Shown: piece by piece, positions 14,024-25,572 of the stretch
Position numbering within the stretch: the first letter of the stretch is position 1
How the letters are laid out: each line of letters opens with the position of its first letter
Source: a virus
Lineage: Duplodnaviria; Heunggongvirae; Uroviricota; Caudoviricetes
Length of the DNA: 25,572 bases
Direction: 5' to 3' (one strand)
Virus record (IMG/VR): IMGVR_UViG_2698536618_000030
The notes under the pieces: generated by a model
Seen by the model: the letters and a program-made list of their open reading frames with translations, nothing else
What the model was told of the DNA's origin: nothing
Database searches by the model: none
Translations under genes and position numbers: made by a program

Positions 14024-14602
14024 ATGGCCATAAAAGGTCTTGAGCAGGCCATTGAAAACCTCTGCCGTATCAGCAAAACGGCGGTGCCTGGTGCCGCCGC
14101 AATGGCCATTAACCGCGTTGCTTCATCCGCGATATCGCAGTCGGCGTCACAGGTTGCCCGTGAGACAAAGGTACGCCGGAAACTGGTAAAGGAAAGGGCC
14201 AGGCTGAAAAGGGCCACGGTCAAAAATCCGCAGGCCAGAATCAAAGTTAACCGGGGGGATTTGCCCGTAATCAAGCTGGGTAATGCGCGGGTTGTCCTTT
14301 CGCGCCGCAGGCGTCGTAAAAAGGGGCAGCGTTCATCCCTGAAAGGTGGCGGCAGCGTGCTTGTGGTGGGTAACCGTCGTATTCCCGGCGCGTTTATTCA
14401 GCAACTGAAAAATGGCCGGTGGCATGTCATGCAGCGTGTGGCCGGGAAAAACCGTTACCCCATTGATGTGGTGAAAATCCCGATGGCGGTGCCGCTGACC
14501 ACGGCGTTTAAACAAAATATTGAGCGGATACGGCGTGAACGTCTTCCGAAAGAGCTGGGCTATGCGCTGCAGCATCAACTGAGGATGGTAATAAAGCGAT
14601 GA
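14024..14602 (+). CDS. Z: Tail completion protein gpZ (192 aa)
   Basis: ORF 14024..14602; MAIKGLEQAIENL... Confidence 0.9.
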   Translation: MAIKGLEQAIENLCRISKTAVPGAAAMAINRVASSAISQSASQVARETKVRRKLVKERARLKRATVKNPQARIKVNRGDLPVIKLGNARVVLSRRRRRKKGQRSSLKGGGSVLVVGNRRIPGAFIQQLKNGRWHVMQRVAGKNRYPIDVVKIPMAVPLTTAFKQNIERIRRERLPKELGYALQHQLRMVIKR

Positions 14603-14994
14603 AACATACTGAACTCCGTGCAGCCGTACTGGATGCACTGGAGAAGCATGACACCGGGGCGACGTTTTTTGATGGTCGCCCCGCTGTTTTTGATGAGGCG
14701 GATTTTCCGGCAGTTGCCGTTTATCTCACCGGCGCTGAATACACGGGCGAAGAGCTGGACAGCGATACCTGGCAGGCGGAGCTGCATATCGAAGTTTTCC
14801 TGCCTGCTCAGGTGCCGGATTCAGAGCTGGATGCGTGGATGGAGTCCCGGATTTATCCGGTGATGAGCGATATCCCGGCACTGTCAGATTTGATCACCAG
14901 TATGGTGGCCAGCGGCTATGACTACCGGCGCGACGATGATGCGGGCCTGTGGAGTTCAGCCGATCTGACTTATGTCATTACCTATGAAATGTGA
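14599..14994 (+). CDS. U: Tail terminator protein gpU (131 aa)
   Basis: ORF 14599..14994; [18 protein letters not shown]...; start overlaps Z stop. Confidence 0.9.
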   Translation: MKHTELRAAVLDALEKHDTGATFFDGRPAVFDEADFPAVAVYLTGAEYTGEELDSDTWQAELHIEVFLPAQVPDSELDAWMESRIYPVMSDIPALSDLITSMVASGYDYRRDDDAGLWSSADLTYVITYEM

Positions 14995-15001
14995 GGACGA
15001 T

Positions 15002-15742
15002 ATGCCTGTACCAAATCCAGCAATACCGGTGAAAGGTGCCGGGACCACCCTGTGGGTTTATAACGGGAGCGGCGACCCTTATGCGAACCCGCTTTCAGAC
15101 GTTGACTGGTCGCGTCTGGCTAAAGTTAAAGACCTGACGCCCGGCGAACTGACCGCTGAGTCCTATGACGACAGTTATCTCGATGATGAAGATGCGGACT
15201 GGACCGCGACCGGGCAGGGGCAGAAATCCGCCGGAGATACCAGCTTCACGCTGGCGTGGATGCCCGGAGAGCAGGGGCAGCAGGCGCTGCTGGCGTGGTT
15301 TAATGAAGGTGATACCCGTGCCTATAAAATCCGCTTCCCGAACGGCACGGTCGATGTGTTCCGTGGCTGGGTCAGCAGTATCGGTAAGGCGGTGACGGCG
15401 AAGGAAGTGATCACCCGTACGGTGAAGGTCACCAATGTGGGCCGTCCGTCAATGGCAGAAGATCGCAGTACGGTGACGGCGGCAACCAGTATGACTGTGA
15501 CGCCTGCCAGCTCCTCGGTGGTGAAAGGGCAGAGCACCACGCTGACCGTGGCATTCCAGCCGGAGGGCGCAACTGACAAGAGCTTCCGTGCGGTGTCAGC
15601 GGATAAAACAAAAGCCACCGTGTCGGTCAGTGGTATGACCATCACCGTGAAAGGCGTTGCTGCAGGTAAGGTCAACATTCCGGTTGTATCCGGTAATGGT
15701 GAACTTGCTGCGGTTGCAGAAATCACTGTCACCGACAGTTAA
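15002..15742 (+). CDS. V: Major tail tube protein gpV (246 aa) with C-terminal Ig-like domain
   Basis: ORF track 14972..15742; start at [20 protein letters not shown]... preceded by GAGGACGA. Confidence 0.9.
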   Translation: MPVPNPAIPVKGAGTTLWVYNGSGDPYANPLSDVDWSRLAKVKDLTPGELTAESYDDSYLDDEDADWTATGQGQKSAGDTSFTLAWMPGEQGQQALLAWFNEGDTRAYKIRFPNGTVDVFRGWVSSIGKAVTAKEVITRTVKVTNVGRPSMAEDRSTVTAATSMTVTPASSSVVKGQSTTLTVAFQPEGATDKSFRAVSADKTKATVSVSGMTITVKGVAAGKVNIPVVSGNGELAAVAEITVTDS

Positions 15743-15757
15743 TCCGGAGAGTCAGCG

Positions 15758-16180
15758 ATGTTCCTGAAAACCGAATCATTTGAACATAACGGCGTGACCG
15801 TCACGCTTTCTGAACTGTCAGCCCTGCAGCGTATTGAGCATCTCGCCCTGATGAAACGGCAGGCAGAACAGGCGGAGTCAGACAGCAACCGGAAGTTTAC
15901 TGTGGAAGACGCCATCAGAACCGGCGCGTTTCTGGTGGCGATGTCCCTGTGGCATAACCATCCGCAGAAGACGCAGATGCCGTCCATGAATGAAGCCGTT
16001 AAACAGATTGAGCAGGAAGTGCTTACCACCTGGCCCACGGAGGCAATTTCTCATGCTGAAAACGTGGTGTACCGGCTGTCTGGTATGTATGAGTTTGTTG
16101 TGAATAATGCCCCTGAACAGACAGAGGACGCCGGGCCCGCAGAGCCTGTTTCTGCGGGAAAGTGTTCGACGGTGAGCTGA
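15758..16180 (+). CDS. G: Tail assembly chaperone gpG (140 aa)
   Basis: ORF 15758..16180; MFLKTESFEHNGVTVTLSELSALQRIEHL... Confidence 0.9.
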   Translation: MFLKTESFEHNGVTVTLSELSALQRIEHLALMKRQAEQAESDSNRKFTVEDAIRTGAFLVAMSLWHNHPQKTQMPSMNEAVKQIEQEVLTTWPTEAISHAENVVYRLSGMYEFVVNNAPEQTEDAGPAEPVSAGKCSTVS

Positions 16181-16596
16181 GTTTTGCCCTGAAACTGGCG
16201 CGTGAGATGGGGCGACCCGACTGGCGTGCCATGCTTGCCGGGATGTCATCCACGGAGTATGCCGACTGGCACCGCTTTTACAGTACCCATTATTTTCATG
16301 ATGTTCTGCTGGATATGCACTTTTCCGGGCTGACGTACACCGTGCTCAGCCTGTTTTTCAGCGATCCGGATATGCATCCGCTGGATTTCAGTCTGCTGAA
16401 CCGGCGCGAGGCTGACGAAGAGCCTGAAGATGATGTGCTGATGCAGAAAGCGGCAGGGCTTGCCGGAGGTGTCCGCTTTGGCCCGGACGGGAATGAAGTT
16501 ATCCCCGCTTCCCCGGATGTGGCGGACATGACGGAGGATGACGTAATGCTGATGACAGTATCAGAAGGGATCGCAGGAGGAGTCCGGTATGGCTGA
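15758..16596 (+). CDS. T: Tail assembly chaperone G-T fusion made by programmed -1 frameshift at GGGAAAG (16156..16162)
   Basis: T-frame ORF 16162..16596 is in the -1 frame relative to G and overlaps its 3' end; canonical lambda slippery heptamer G GGA AAG present in the G frame. Confidence 0.8.
16156..16162 (+). other. Programmed -1 ribosomal frameshift slippery site GGGAAAG (G to G-T)
   Basis: Heptamer read directly; G frame codons GCG GGA AAG TGT. Confidence 0.8.
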
Positions 16597-19150
16597 ACCG
16601 GTAGGCGATCTGGTCGTTGATTTGAGTCTGGATGCGGCCAGATTTGACGAGCAGATGGCCAGAGTCAGGCGTCATTTTTCCGGTACGGAAAGTGATGCGA
16701 AAAAAACAGCGGCAGTCGTTGAACAGTCGCTGAGCCGACAGGCGCTGGCTGCACAGAAAGCGGGGATTTCCGTCGGGCAGTATAAAGCCGCCATGCGTAT
16801 GCTGCCTGCACAGTTCACCGACGTGGCCACGCAGCTTGCAGGCGGGCAAAGTCCGTGGCTGATCCTGCTGCAACAGGGGGGGCAGGTGAAGGACTCCTTC
16901 GGCGGGATGATCCCCATGTTCAGGGGGCTTGCCGGTGCGATCACCCTGCCGATGGTGGGGGCCACCTCGCTGGCGGTGGCGACCGGTGCGCTGGCGTATG
17001 CCTGGTATCAGGGCAACTCAACCCTGTCCGATTTCAACAAAACGCTGGTCCTTTCCGGCAATCAGGCGGGACTGACGGCAGATCGTATGCTGGTCCTGTC
17101 CAGAGCCGGGCAGGCGGCAGGGCTGACGTTTAACCAGACCAGCGAGTCACTCAGCGCACTGGTTAAGGCGGGGGTAAGCGGTGAGGCTCAGATTGCGTCC
17201 ATCAGCCAGAGTGTGGCGCGTTTCTCCTCTGCATCCGGCGTGGAGGTGGACAAGGTCGCTGAAGCCTTCGGGAAGCTGACCACAGACCCGACGTCGGGGC
17301 TGACGGCGATGGCACGCCAGTTCCATAACGTGACGGCGGAGCAGATTGCGTATGTTGCTCAGTTGCAGCGTTCCGGCGATGAAGCCGGGGCATTGCAGGC
17401 GGCGAACGAGGCCGCAACGAAAGGGTTTGATGACCAGACCCGCCGCCTGAAAGAGAACATGGGCACGCTGGAGACCTGGGCAGACAGGACAGCGCGGGCA
17501 TTCAAATCCATGTGGGATGCGGTGCTGGATATTGGTCGTCCTGATACCGCGCAGGAGATGCTGATTAAGGCAGAGGCTGCGTTTAAGAAAGCAGACGACA
17601 TCTGGAATCTGCGCAAGGATGATTATTTTGTTAACGATGAAGCGCGGGCGCGTTACTGGGATGATCGTGAAAAGGCCCGTCTTGCGCTTGAAGCCGCCCG
17701 AAAGAAGGCTGAGCAGCAGACTCAACAGGACAAAAATGCGCAGCAGCAGAGCGATACCGAAGCGTCACGGCTGAAATATACCGAAGAGGCGCAGAAGGCT
17801 TACGAACGGCTGCAGACGCCGCTGGAGAAATATACCGCCCGTCAGGAAGAACTGAACAAGGCACTGAAAGACGGGAAAATCCTGCAGGCAGATTACAACA
17901 CGCTGATGGCGGCGGCGAAAAAGGATTATGAAGCGACGCTGAAAAAGCCGAAACAGTCCGGCGTGAAGGTGTCTGCGGGCGATCGTCAGGAAGACAGTGC
18001 TCATGCTGCCCTGCTGACGCTTCAGGCTGAACTCCGGACGCTGGAGAAGCATGCCGGAGCAAATGAGAAAATCAGCCAGCAGCGCCGGGATTTGTGGAAG
18101 GCGGAGAGTCAGTTCGCGGTACTGGAGGAGGCGGCACAACGTCGCCAGCTGTCCGCACAGGAGAAATCCCTGCTGGCGCATAAAGATGAGACGCTGGAGT
18201 ACAAACGCCAGCTGGCTGCACTTGGCGATAAGGTCACGTATCAGGAGCGCCTGAATGCGCTGGCGCAGCAGGCGGATAAATTCGCACAGCAGCAACGGGC
18301 AAAACGGGCCGCCATTGATGCGAAAAGCCGGGGGCTGACTGACCGGCAGGCAGAACGGGAAGCCACAGAACAGCGCCTGAAGGAACAGTATGGCGATAAT
18401 CCGCTGGCGCTGAATAACGTCATGTCAGAGCAGAAAAAGACCTGGGCGGCTGAAGACCAGCTTCGCGGGAACTGGATGGCAGGCCTGAAGTCCGGCTGGA
18501 GTGAGTGGGAAGAGAGCGCCACGGACAGTATGTCGCAGGTAAAAAGTGCAGCCACGCAGACCTTTGATGGTATTGCACAGAATATGGCGGCGATGCTGAC
18601 CGGCAGTGAGCAGAACTGGCGCAGCTTCACCCGTTCCGTGCTGTCCATGATGACAGAAATTCTGCTTAAGCAGGCAATGGTGGGGATTGTCGGGAGTATC
18701 GGCAGCGCCATTGGCGGGGCTGTTGGTGGCGGCGCATCCGCGTCAGGCGGTACAGCCATTCAGGCCGCTGCGGCGAAATTCCATTTTGCAACCGGAGGGT
18801 TTACGGGAACCGGCGGCAAATATGAGCCAGCGGGGATTGTTCACCGTGGTGAGTTTGTCTTCACGAAGGAGGCAACCAGCCGGATTGGCGTGGGGAATCT
18901 TTACCGGCTGATGCGCGGCTATGCCACCGGCGGTTATGTCGGTACACCGGGCAGCATGGCAGACAGCCGGTCGCAGGCGTCCGGGACGTTTGAGCAGAAT
19001 AACCATGTGGTGATTAACAACGACGGCACGAACGGGCAGATAGGGCCACAGGCGCTGAAGGCTGTTTATGACGTAGCCCGTAAGGCGGCAATGGATGTTG
19101 TGACCGGGCAGATGCGCGATGGTGGTCTGTTCTCCGGAGGTGGACGATGA
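16589..19150 (+). CDS. H: Tail tape measure protein gpH (853 aa)
   Basis: ORF 16589..19150; long Ala/Gln-rich coiled-coil protein; matches lambda H in length and sequence. Confidence 0.95.
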   Translation: MAEPVGDLVVDLSLDAARFDEQMARVRRHFSGTESDAKKTAAVVEQSLSRQALAAQKAGISVGQYKAAMRMLPAQFTDVATQLAGGQSPWLILLQQGGQVKDSFGGMIPMFRGLAGAITLPMVGATSLAVATGALAYAWYQGNSTLSDFNKTLVLSGNQAGLTADRMLVLSRAGQAAGLTFNQTSESLSALVKAGVSGEAQIASISQSVARFSSASGVEVDKVAEAFGKLTTDPTSGLTAMARQFHNVTAEQIAYVAQLQRSGDEAGALQAANEAATKGFDDQTRRLKENMGTLETWADRTARAFKSMWDAVLDIGRPDTAQEMLIKAEAAFKKADDIWNLRKDDYFVNDEARARYWDDREKARLALEAARKKAEQQTQQDKNAQQQSDTEASRLKYTEEAQKAYERLQTPLEKYTARQEELNKALKDGKILQADYNTLMAAAKKDYEATLKKPKQSGVKVSAGDRQEDSAHAALLTLQAELRTLEKHAGANEKISQQRRDLWKAESQFAVLEEAAQRRQLSAQEKSLLAHKDETLEYKRQLAALGDKVTYQERLNALAQQADKFAQQQRAKRAAIDAKSRGLTDRQAEREATEQRLKEQYGDNPLALNNVMSEQKKTWAAEDQLRGNWMAGLKSGWSEWEESATDSMSQVKSAATQTFDGIAQNMAAMLTGSEQNWRSFTRSVLSMMTEILLKQAMVGIVGSIGSAIGGAVGGGASASGGTAIQAAAAKFHFATGGFTGTGGKYEPAGIVHRGEFVFTKEATSRIGVGNLYRLMRGYATGGYVGTPGSMADSRSQASGTFEQNNHVVINNDGTNGQIGPQALKAVYDVARKAAMDVVTGQMRDGGLFSGGGR

Positions 19151-19476
19151 AAACCTTCCGCTGGAAAGTGAAACCCGGGATGGATGTGACATCGGCTCCT
19201 TCCGTCAGGGAGGTGCGCTTTGGTGATGGCTATTCCCAGCGTGCGCCTGCCGGGCTGAACGCTGACCTGAAAACGTACAGCGTGACGCTGTCTGTCTCCC
19301 GTGAGGAGGCCACGGCGCTGGAGTCGTTTCTGGCAGAGCACGGAGGCTGGAAGGCCTTTCTGTGGACGCCGCCTTATGGTTACAGGCAGATAAAGGTGAC
19401 CTGCGCAAAATGGTCGTCGCAGGTCAGTATGTTGCGTGTTGAGTTCAGCGCAGAGTTTAAACAGGTGGTGAACTGA
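19147..19476 (+). CDS. M: Tail tip protein gpM (109 aa)
   Basis: ORF 19147..19476; MKTFRWKVKPGMDV... Confidence 0.9.
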   Translation: MKTFRWKVKPGMDVTSAPSVREVRFGDGYSQRAPAGLNADLKTYSVTLSVSREEATALESFLAEHGGWKAFLWTPPYGYRQIKVTCAKWSSQVSMLRVEFSAEFKQVVN

Positions 19477-20174
19477 TGCAGGATATCCGGCAGGAAACAC
19501 TGAATGAATGCACCCGTGCGGAGCAGTCGGCCAGCGTGGTGCTCTGGGAAATCGATCTGACAGAGGTCGGTGGAGAACGTTATTTTTTCTGTAATGAGCA
19601 GAACGAAAAAGGTGAGCCGGTCACCTGGCAGGGGCGACAGTATCAGCCGTATCCCATTCAGGGGAGTGGTTTTGAACTGAATGGCAAAGGCACCAGTACG
19701 CGCCCCACGCTGACGGTTTCTAACCTGTACGGTATGGTCACCGGGATGGCGGAAGATCTGCAGAGTCTGGTCGGCGGAACGGTGGTCCGGCGTAAGGTTT
19801 ACGCCCGTTTTCTGGATGCGGTGAACTTCGTCAACGGAAACAGTGACGCCGATCCGGAGCAGGAGGTGATCAGCCGCTGGCGCATTGAGCAGTGCAGCGA
19901 ACTGAGCGCGGTCAGTGCCTCCTTTGTACTGTCCACGCCGACGGAAACGGACGGCGCTGTTTTTCCGGGACGTATCATGCTGGCCAACACCTGCACCTGG
20001 ACCTATCGCGGCGGTGAGTGCGGTTATCACGGTCCGGCGGTCGCGGATGAATATGACCAGCCAACGTCCGATATCACGAAGGATAAATGCAGCAAATGCC
20101 TGAGCGGTTGTAAGTTCCGCAATAACGTCGGCAACTTTGGCGGCTTCCTTTCCATTAACAAACTTTCGCAGTAA
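19476..20174 (+). CDS. L: Tail tip protein gpL (232 aa)
   Basis: ORF 19476..20174; MQDIRQETLNECTRAEQSASVVLWEIDL...; Cys-rich C-terminus. Confidence 0.9.
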   Translation: MQDIRQETLNECTRAEQSASVVLWEIDLTEVGGERYFFCNEQNEKGEPVTWQGRQYQPYPIQGSGFELNGKGTSTRPTLTVSNLYGMVTGMAEDLQSLVGGTVVRRKVYARFLDAVNFVNGNSDADPEQEVISRWRIEQCSELSAVSASFVLSTPTETDGAVFPGRIMLANTCTWTYRGGECGYHGPAVADEYDQPTSDITKDKCSKCLSGCKFRNNVGNFGGFLSINKLSQ

Positions 20175-20179
20175 ATCCC

Positions 20180-20923
20180 ATGACAAAGACAGAATCAGCG
20201 ATTCTGGCGCACGCCCGGCGATGTGCGCCAGCGGAGTCGTGCGGCTTCGTGGTGAGAACGCCGGAGGGGGAAAGATATTTTCCCGGCGTGAATATTTCCG
20301 GTGAGCCGGAGGCGTATTTCCGTATGTCGCCGGAAGACTGGCTGCAGGCAGAAATGCAGGGGGAGATTGTGGCGCTGGTCCACAGCCACCCCGGTGGTCT
20401 GCCCTGGCTGAGTGAGGCCGACCGGCGGCTGCAGGTGCAGAGTGATTTGCCGTGGTGGCTGGTCTGCCGGGGTGAGATTCATAAGTTCCGCTGTGTGCCG
20501 CATCTCACCGGGCGGCGCTTTGAGCACGGTGTGACGGACTGTTACACACTGTTCCGGGATGCTTATCATCTGGCGGAGATTGAGATGCCGGATTTTGTGC
20601 GTGAGGATGACTGGTGGCGTAACGGTCAGAATCTCTATCTGGATAATCTGGAGGCCACAGGGCTGTATCAGGTGCCGTTGTCAGCGGCGCAGCCGGGCGA
20701 TGTGCTGCTGTGCTGTTTTGGTTCATCGGTGCCGAATCACGCCGCTATTTACTGTGGTGACGGCGAGCTGCTGCACCATATTCCTGAACAACTGAGTAAA
20801 CGGGAGAGGTATACCGACAAATGGCAGCGACGCACACACTCCCTCTGGCGTCACCGGGAATGGCACGCATCTGCCTTCACGGGGATTTGCAACGATTTGG
20901 CCGCCGCATCGACCTTCGTGTGA
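20180..20923 (+). CDS. K: Tail tip assembly protein gpK (JAB/MPN plus NlpC/P60 domains), 247-aa open frame
   Basis: ORF 20180..20923; HSHPGG (JAMM-like) motif and C-terminal Cys/His NlpC-P60-like region; classical lambda annotation starts at the internal Met near 20324. Confidence 0.85.
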   Translation: MTKTESAILAHARRCAPAESCGFVVRTPEGERYFPGVNISGEPEAYFRMSPEDWLQAEMQGEIVALVHSHPGGLPWLSEADRRLQVQSDLPWWLVCRGEIHKFRCVPHLTGRRFEHGVTDCYTLFRDAYHLAEIEMPDFVREDDWWRNGQNLYLDNLEATGLYQVPLSAAQPGDVLLCCFGSSVPNHAAIYCGDGELLHHIPEQLSKRERYTDKWQRRTHSLWRHREWHASAFTGICNDLAAASTFV

Positions 20924-21492
20924 AAACGGGGGCTGAAGCCATCCGCGCACTGGCCACACAGCTCCCGGCGTTTCGTCAGAAACTGAGCGACGGCTGGTAT
21001 CAGGTACGGATTGCCGGGCGGGACGTCAGCGCGTCCGGGTTAACGGCGCAGTTACATGAGACTCTGCCTGATGGCGCTGTGATTCATATTGTTCCCAGAG
21101 TCGCCGGGGCCAAGTCAGGTGGCGTATTCCAGATTGTCCTGGGGGCTGCCGCCATTGCCGGATCATTCTTTACCGCCGGAGCCACCCTTGCAGCATGGGG
21201 GGCAGCCATTGGGGCCGGTGGTATGACCGGCATCCTGTTTTCTCTCGGTGCCAGTATGGTGCTCGGTGGTGTGGCGCAGATGCTGGCACCGAAAGCCAGA
21301 ACTCCCCGTACACAGACAACGGATAACGGTAAGCAGAACACGTATTTCTCATCACTGGATAACATGGTTGCCCAGGGCAATGTTCTGCCTGTTCTGTACG
21401 GTGAAATGCGTGTGGGGTCACGGGTAATTTCGCAGGAAATCAGCACGGCAGACGAAGGGGATGGTGGTCAGGTTGTGGTGATTGGTCGCTGA
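20821..21492 (+). CDS. I: Tail tip assembly protein gpI (223 aa)
   Basis: ORF 20821..21492; overlaps K 3' end in another frame as in lambda. Confidence 0.9.
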   Translation: MAATHTLPLASPGMARICLHGDLQRFGRRIDLRVKTGAEAIRALATQLPAFRQKLSDGWYQVRIAGRDVSASGLTAQLHETLPDGAVIHIVPRVAGAKSGGVFQIVLGAAAIAGSFFTAGATLAAWGAAIGAGGMTGILFSLGASMVLGGVAQMLAPKARTPRTQTTDNGKQNTYFSSLDNMVAQGNVLPVLYGEMRVGSRVISQEISTADEGDGGQVVVIGR

Positions 21493-24951
<3,459 letters not shown>

Positions 24952-24968
24952 ATTTTATAACCCAGAAC

Positions 24969-24995
24969 GGGCGTCAGAAATGACGCCTTTTTTAT
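24969..24995 (+). terminator. Rho-independent terminator after J
   Basis: GGGCGTCA gaaa TGACGCC followed by TTTTTTATT. Confidence 0.6.
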
Positions 24996-25017
24996 TGCAG
25001 AAAAGCGAGAGGTAATT

Positions 25018-25572
25018 ATGCGTAAACTTTATGCCGCCATTTTGTCCGCAGCCATCTGTCTGGCCGTATCCGGTGCGCCTGCATGGGCGTCTGAGCAGCA
25101 GGCCACGCTGAGCGCGGGGTATCTTCATGCCTCGACGAACGTTCCCGGCAGCGATGATCTGAACGGGATTAACGTGAAATACCGTTATGAGTTTACGGAC
25201 ACACTGGGTATGGTGACGTCATTCAGCTATGCAGGAGACAAGAATCGCCAGCTGACCCGTTACAGCGATACCCGCTGGCATGAAGATTCCGTTCGTAACC
25301 GCTGGTTCAGCGTAATGGCGGGGCCGTCTGTGCGCGTGAATGAATGGTTCAGCGCGTATGCGATGGCGGGTATGGCTTACAGCCGTGTGTCGACTTTCTC
25401 CGGGGATTATCTCCGCGTAACTGACAACAAGGGGAAAACGCACGACGTGCTGACCGGAAGTGATGACGGTCGCCACAGCAACACGTCTCTGGCGTGGGGG
25501 GCTGGCGTGCAGTTTAACCCGACCGAATCCGTGGCCATTGATATTGCTTATGAAGGCTCCGGCAGTGGCGAC
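25018..25572 (+). CDS. lom: Lom/Ail/PagC-family outer-membrane beta-barrel protein, 3' end cut by window edge
   Basis: ATG at 25018 preceded by GAGAGG; hand translation MRKLYAAILSAAICLAVSGAPAWASEQQATLSAGYLHAS...INVKYRYEFTD...AYEGSGSGD; no stop before window end, so not in ORF track. Confidence 0.8.
   Translation, partial: MRKLYAAILSAAICLAVSGAPAWASEQQATLSAGYLHASTNVPGSDDLNGINVKYRYEFTDTLGMVTSFSYAGDKNRQLTRYSDTRWHEDSVRNRWFSVMAGPSVRVNEWFSAYAMAGMAYSRVSTFSGDYLRVTDNKGKTHDVLTGSDDGRHSNTSLAWGAGVQFNPTESVAIDIAYEGSGSGD

Noticed and set aside
17147-18295. Several 140-190-aa minus-strand ORFs inside the tape measure gene H
   Set aside because: Antisense to a full-length H; long open antisense frames are expected in repetitive Ala/Gln-rich coding sequence.

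Overview
This window is almost entirely a lambdoid prophage late region of the E. coli type; calls rest on reading the supplied ORF translations against phage lambda, phage 21 and the K-12 DLP12 prophage as I remember them, not on any search. Left to right: nin-region genes (ybcN/NinB-family, ninE, ybcO, rusA, ylcG), a Q-family antiterminator, an antisense general porin moron, a phage-21-type lysis cassette (pinholin, SAR endolysin, Rz with embedded Rz1), antisense bor, a small YlcI-like ORF, the cos packaging site, then a lambda-type head and tail cluster (Nu1-A-W-B-C/Nu3-D-E-FI-FII-Z-U-V-G/T-H-M-L-K-I-J) and the 5' part of a Lom/Ail-family gene. The one clear anomaly is that major capsid gene E is split across two reading frames by a net insertion of about 68 nt carrying a perfect 10-bp inverted repeat, while every other morphogenetic gene looks intact. 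Other points worth a look are a J C-terminus unlike lambda's, the antisense porin between Q and the lysis genes, and a cluster of stem-loops downstream of Q. I found no CRISPR array, rRNA or tRNA, and no evidence of an undescribed multi-gene system; unexplained sequence is limited to a few short intergenic gaps.
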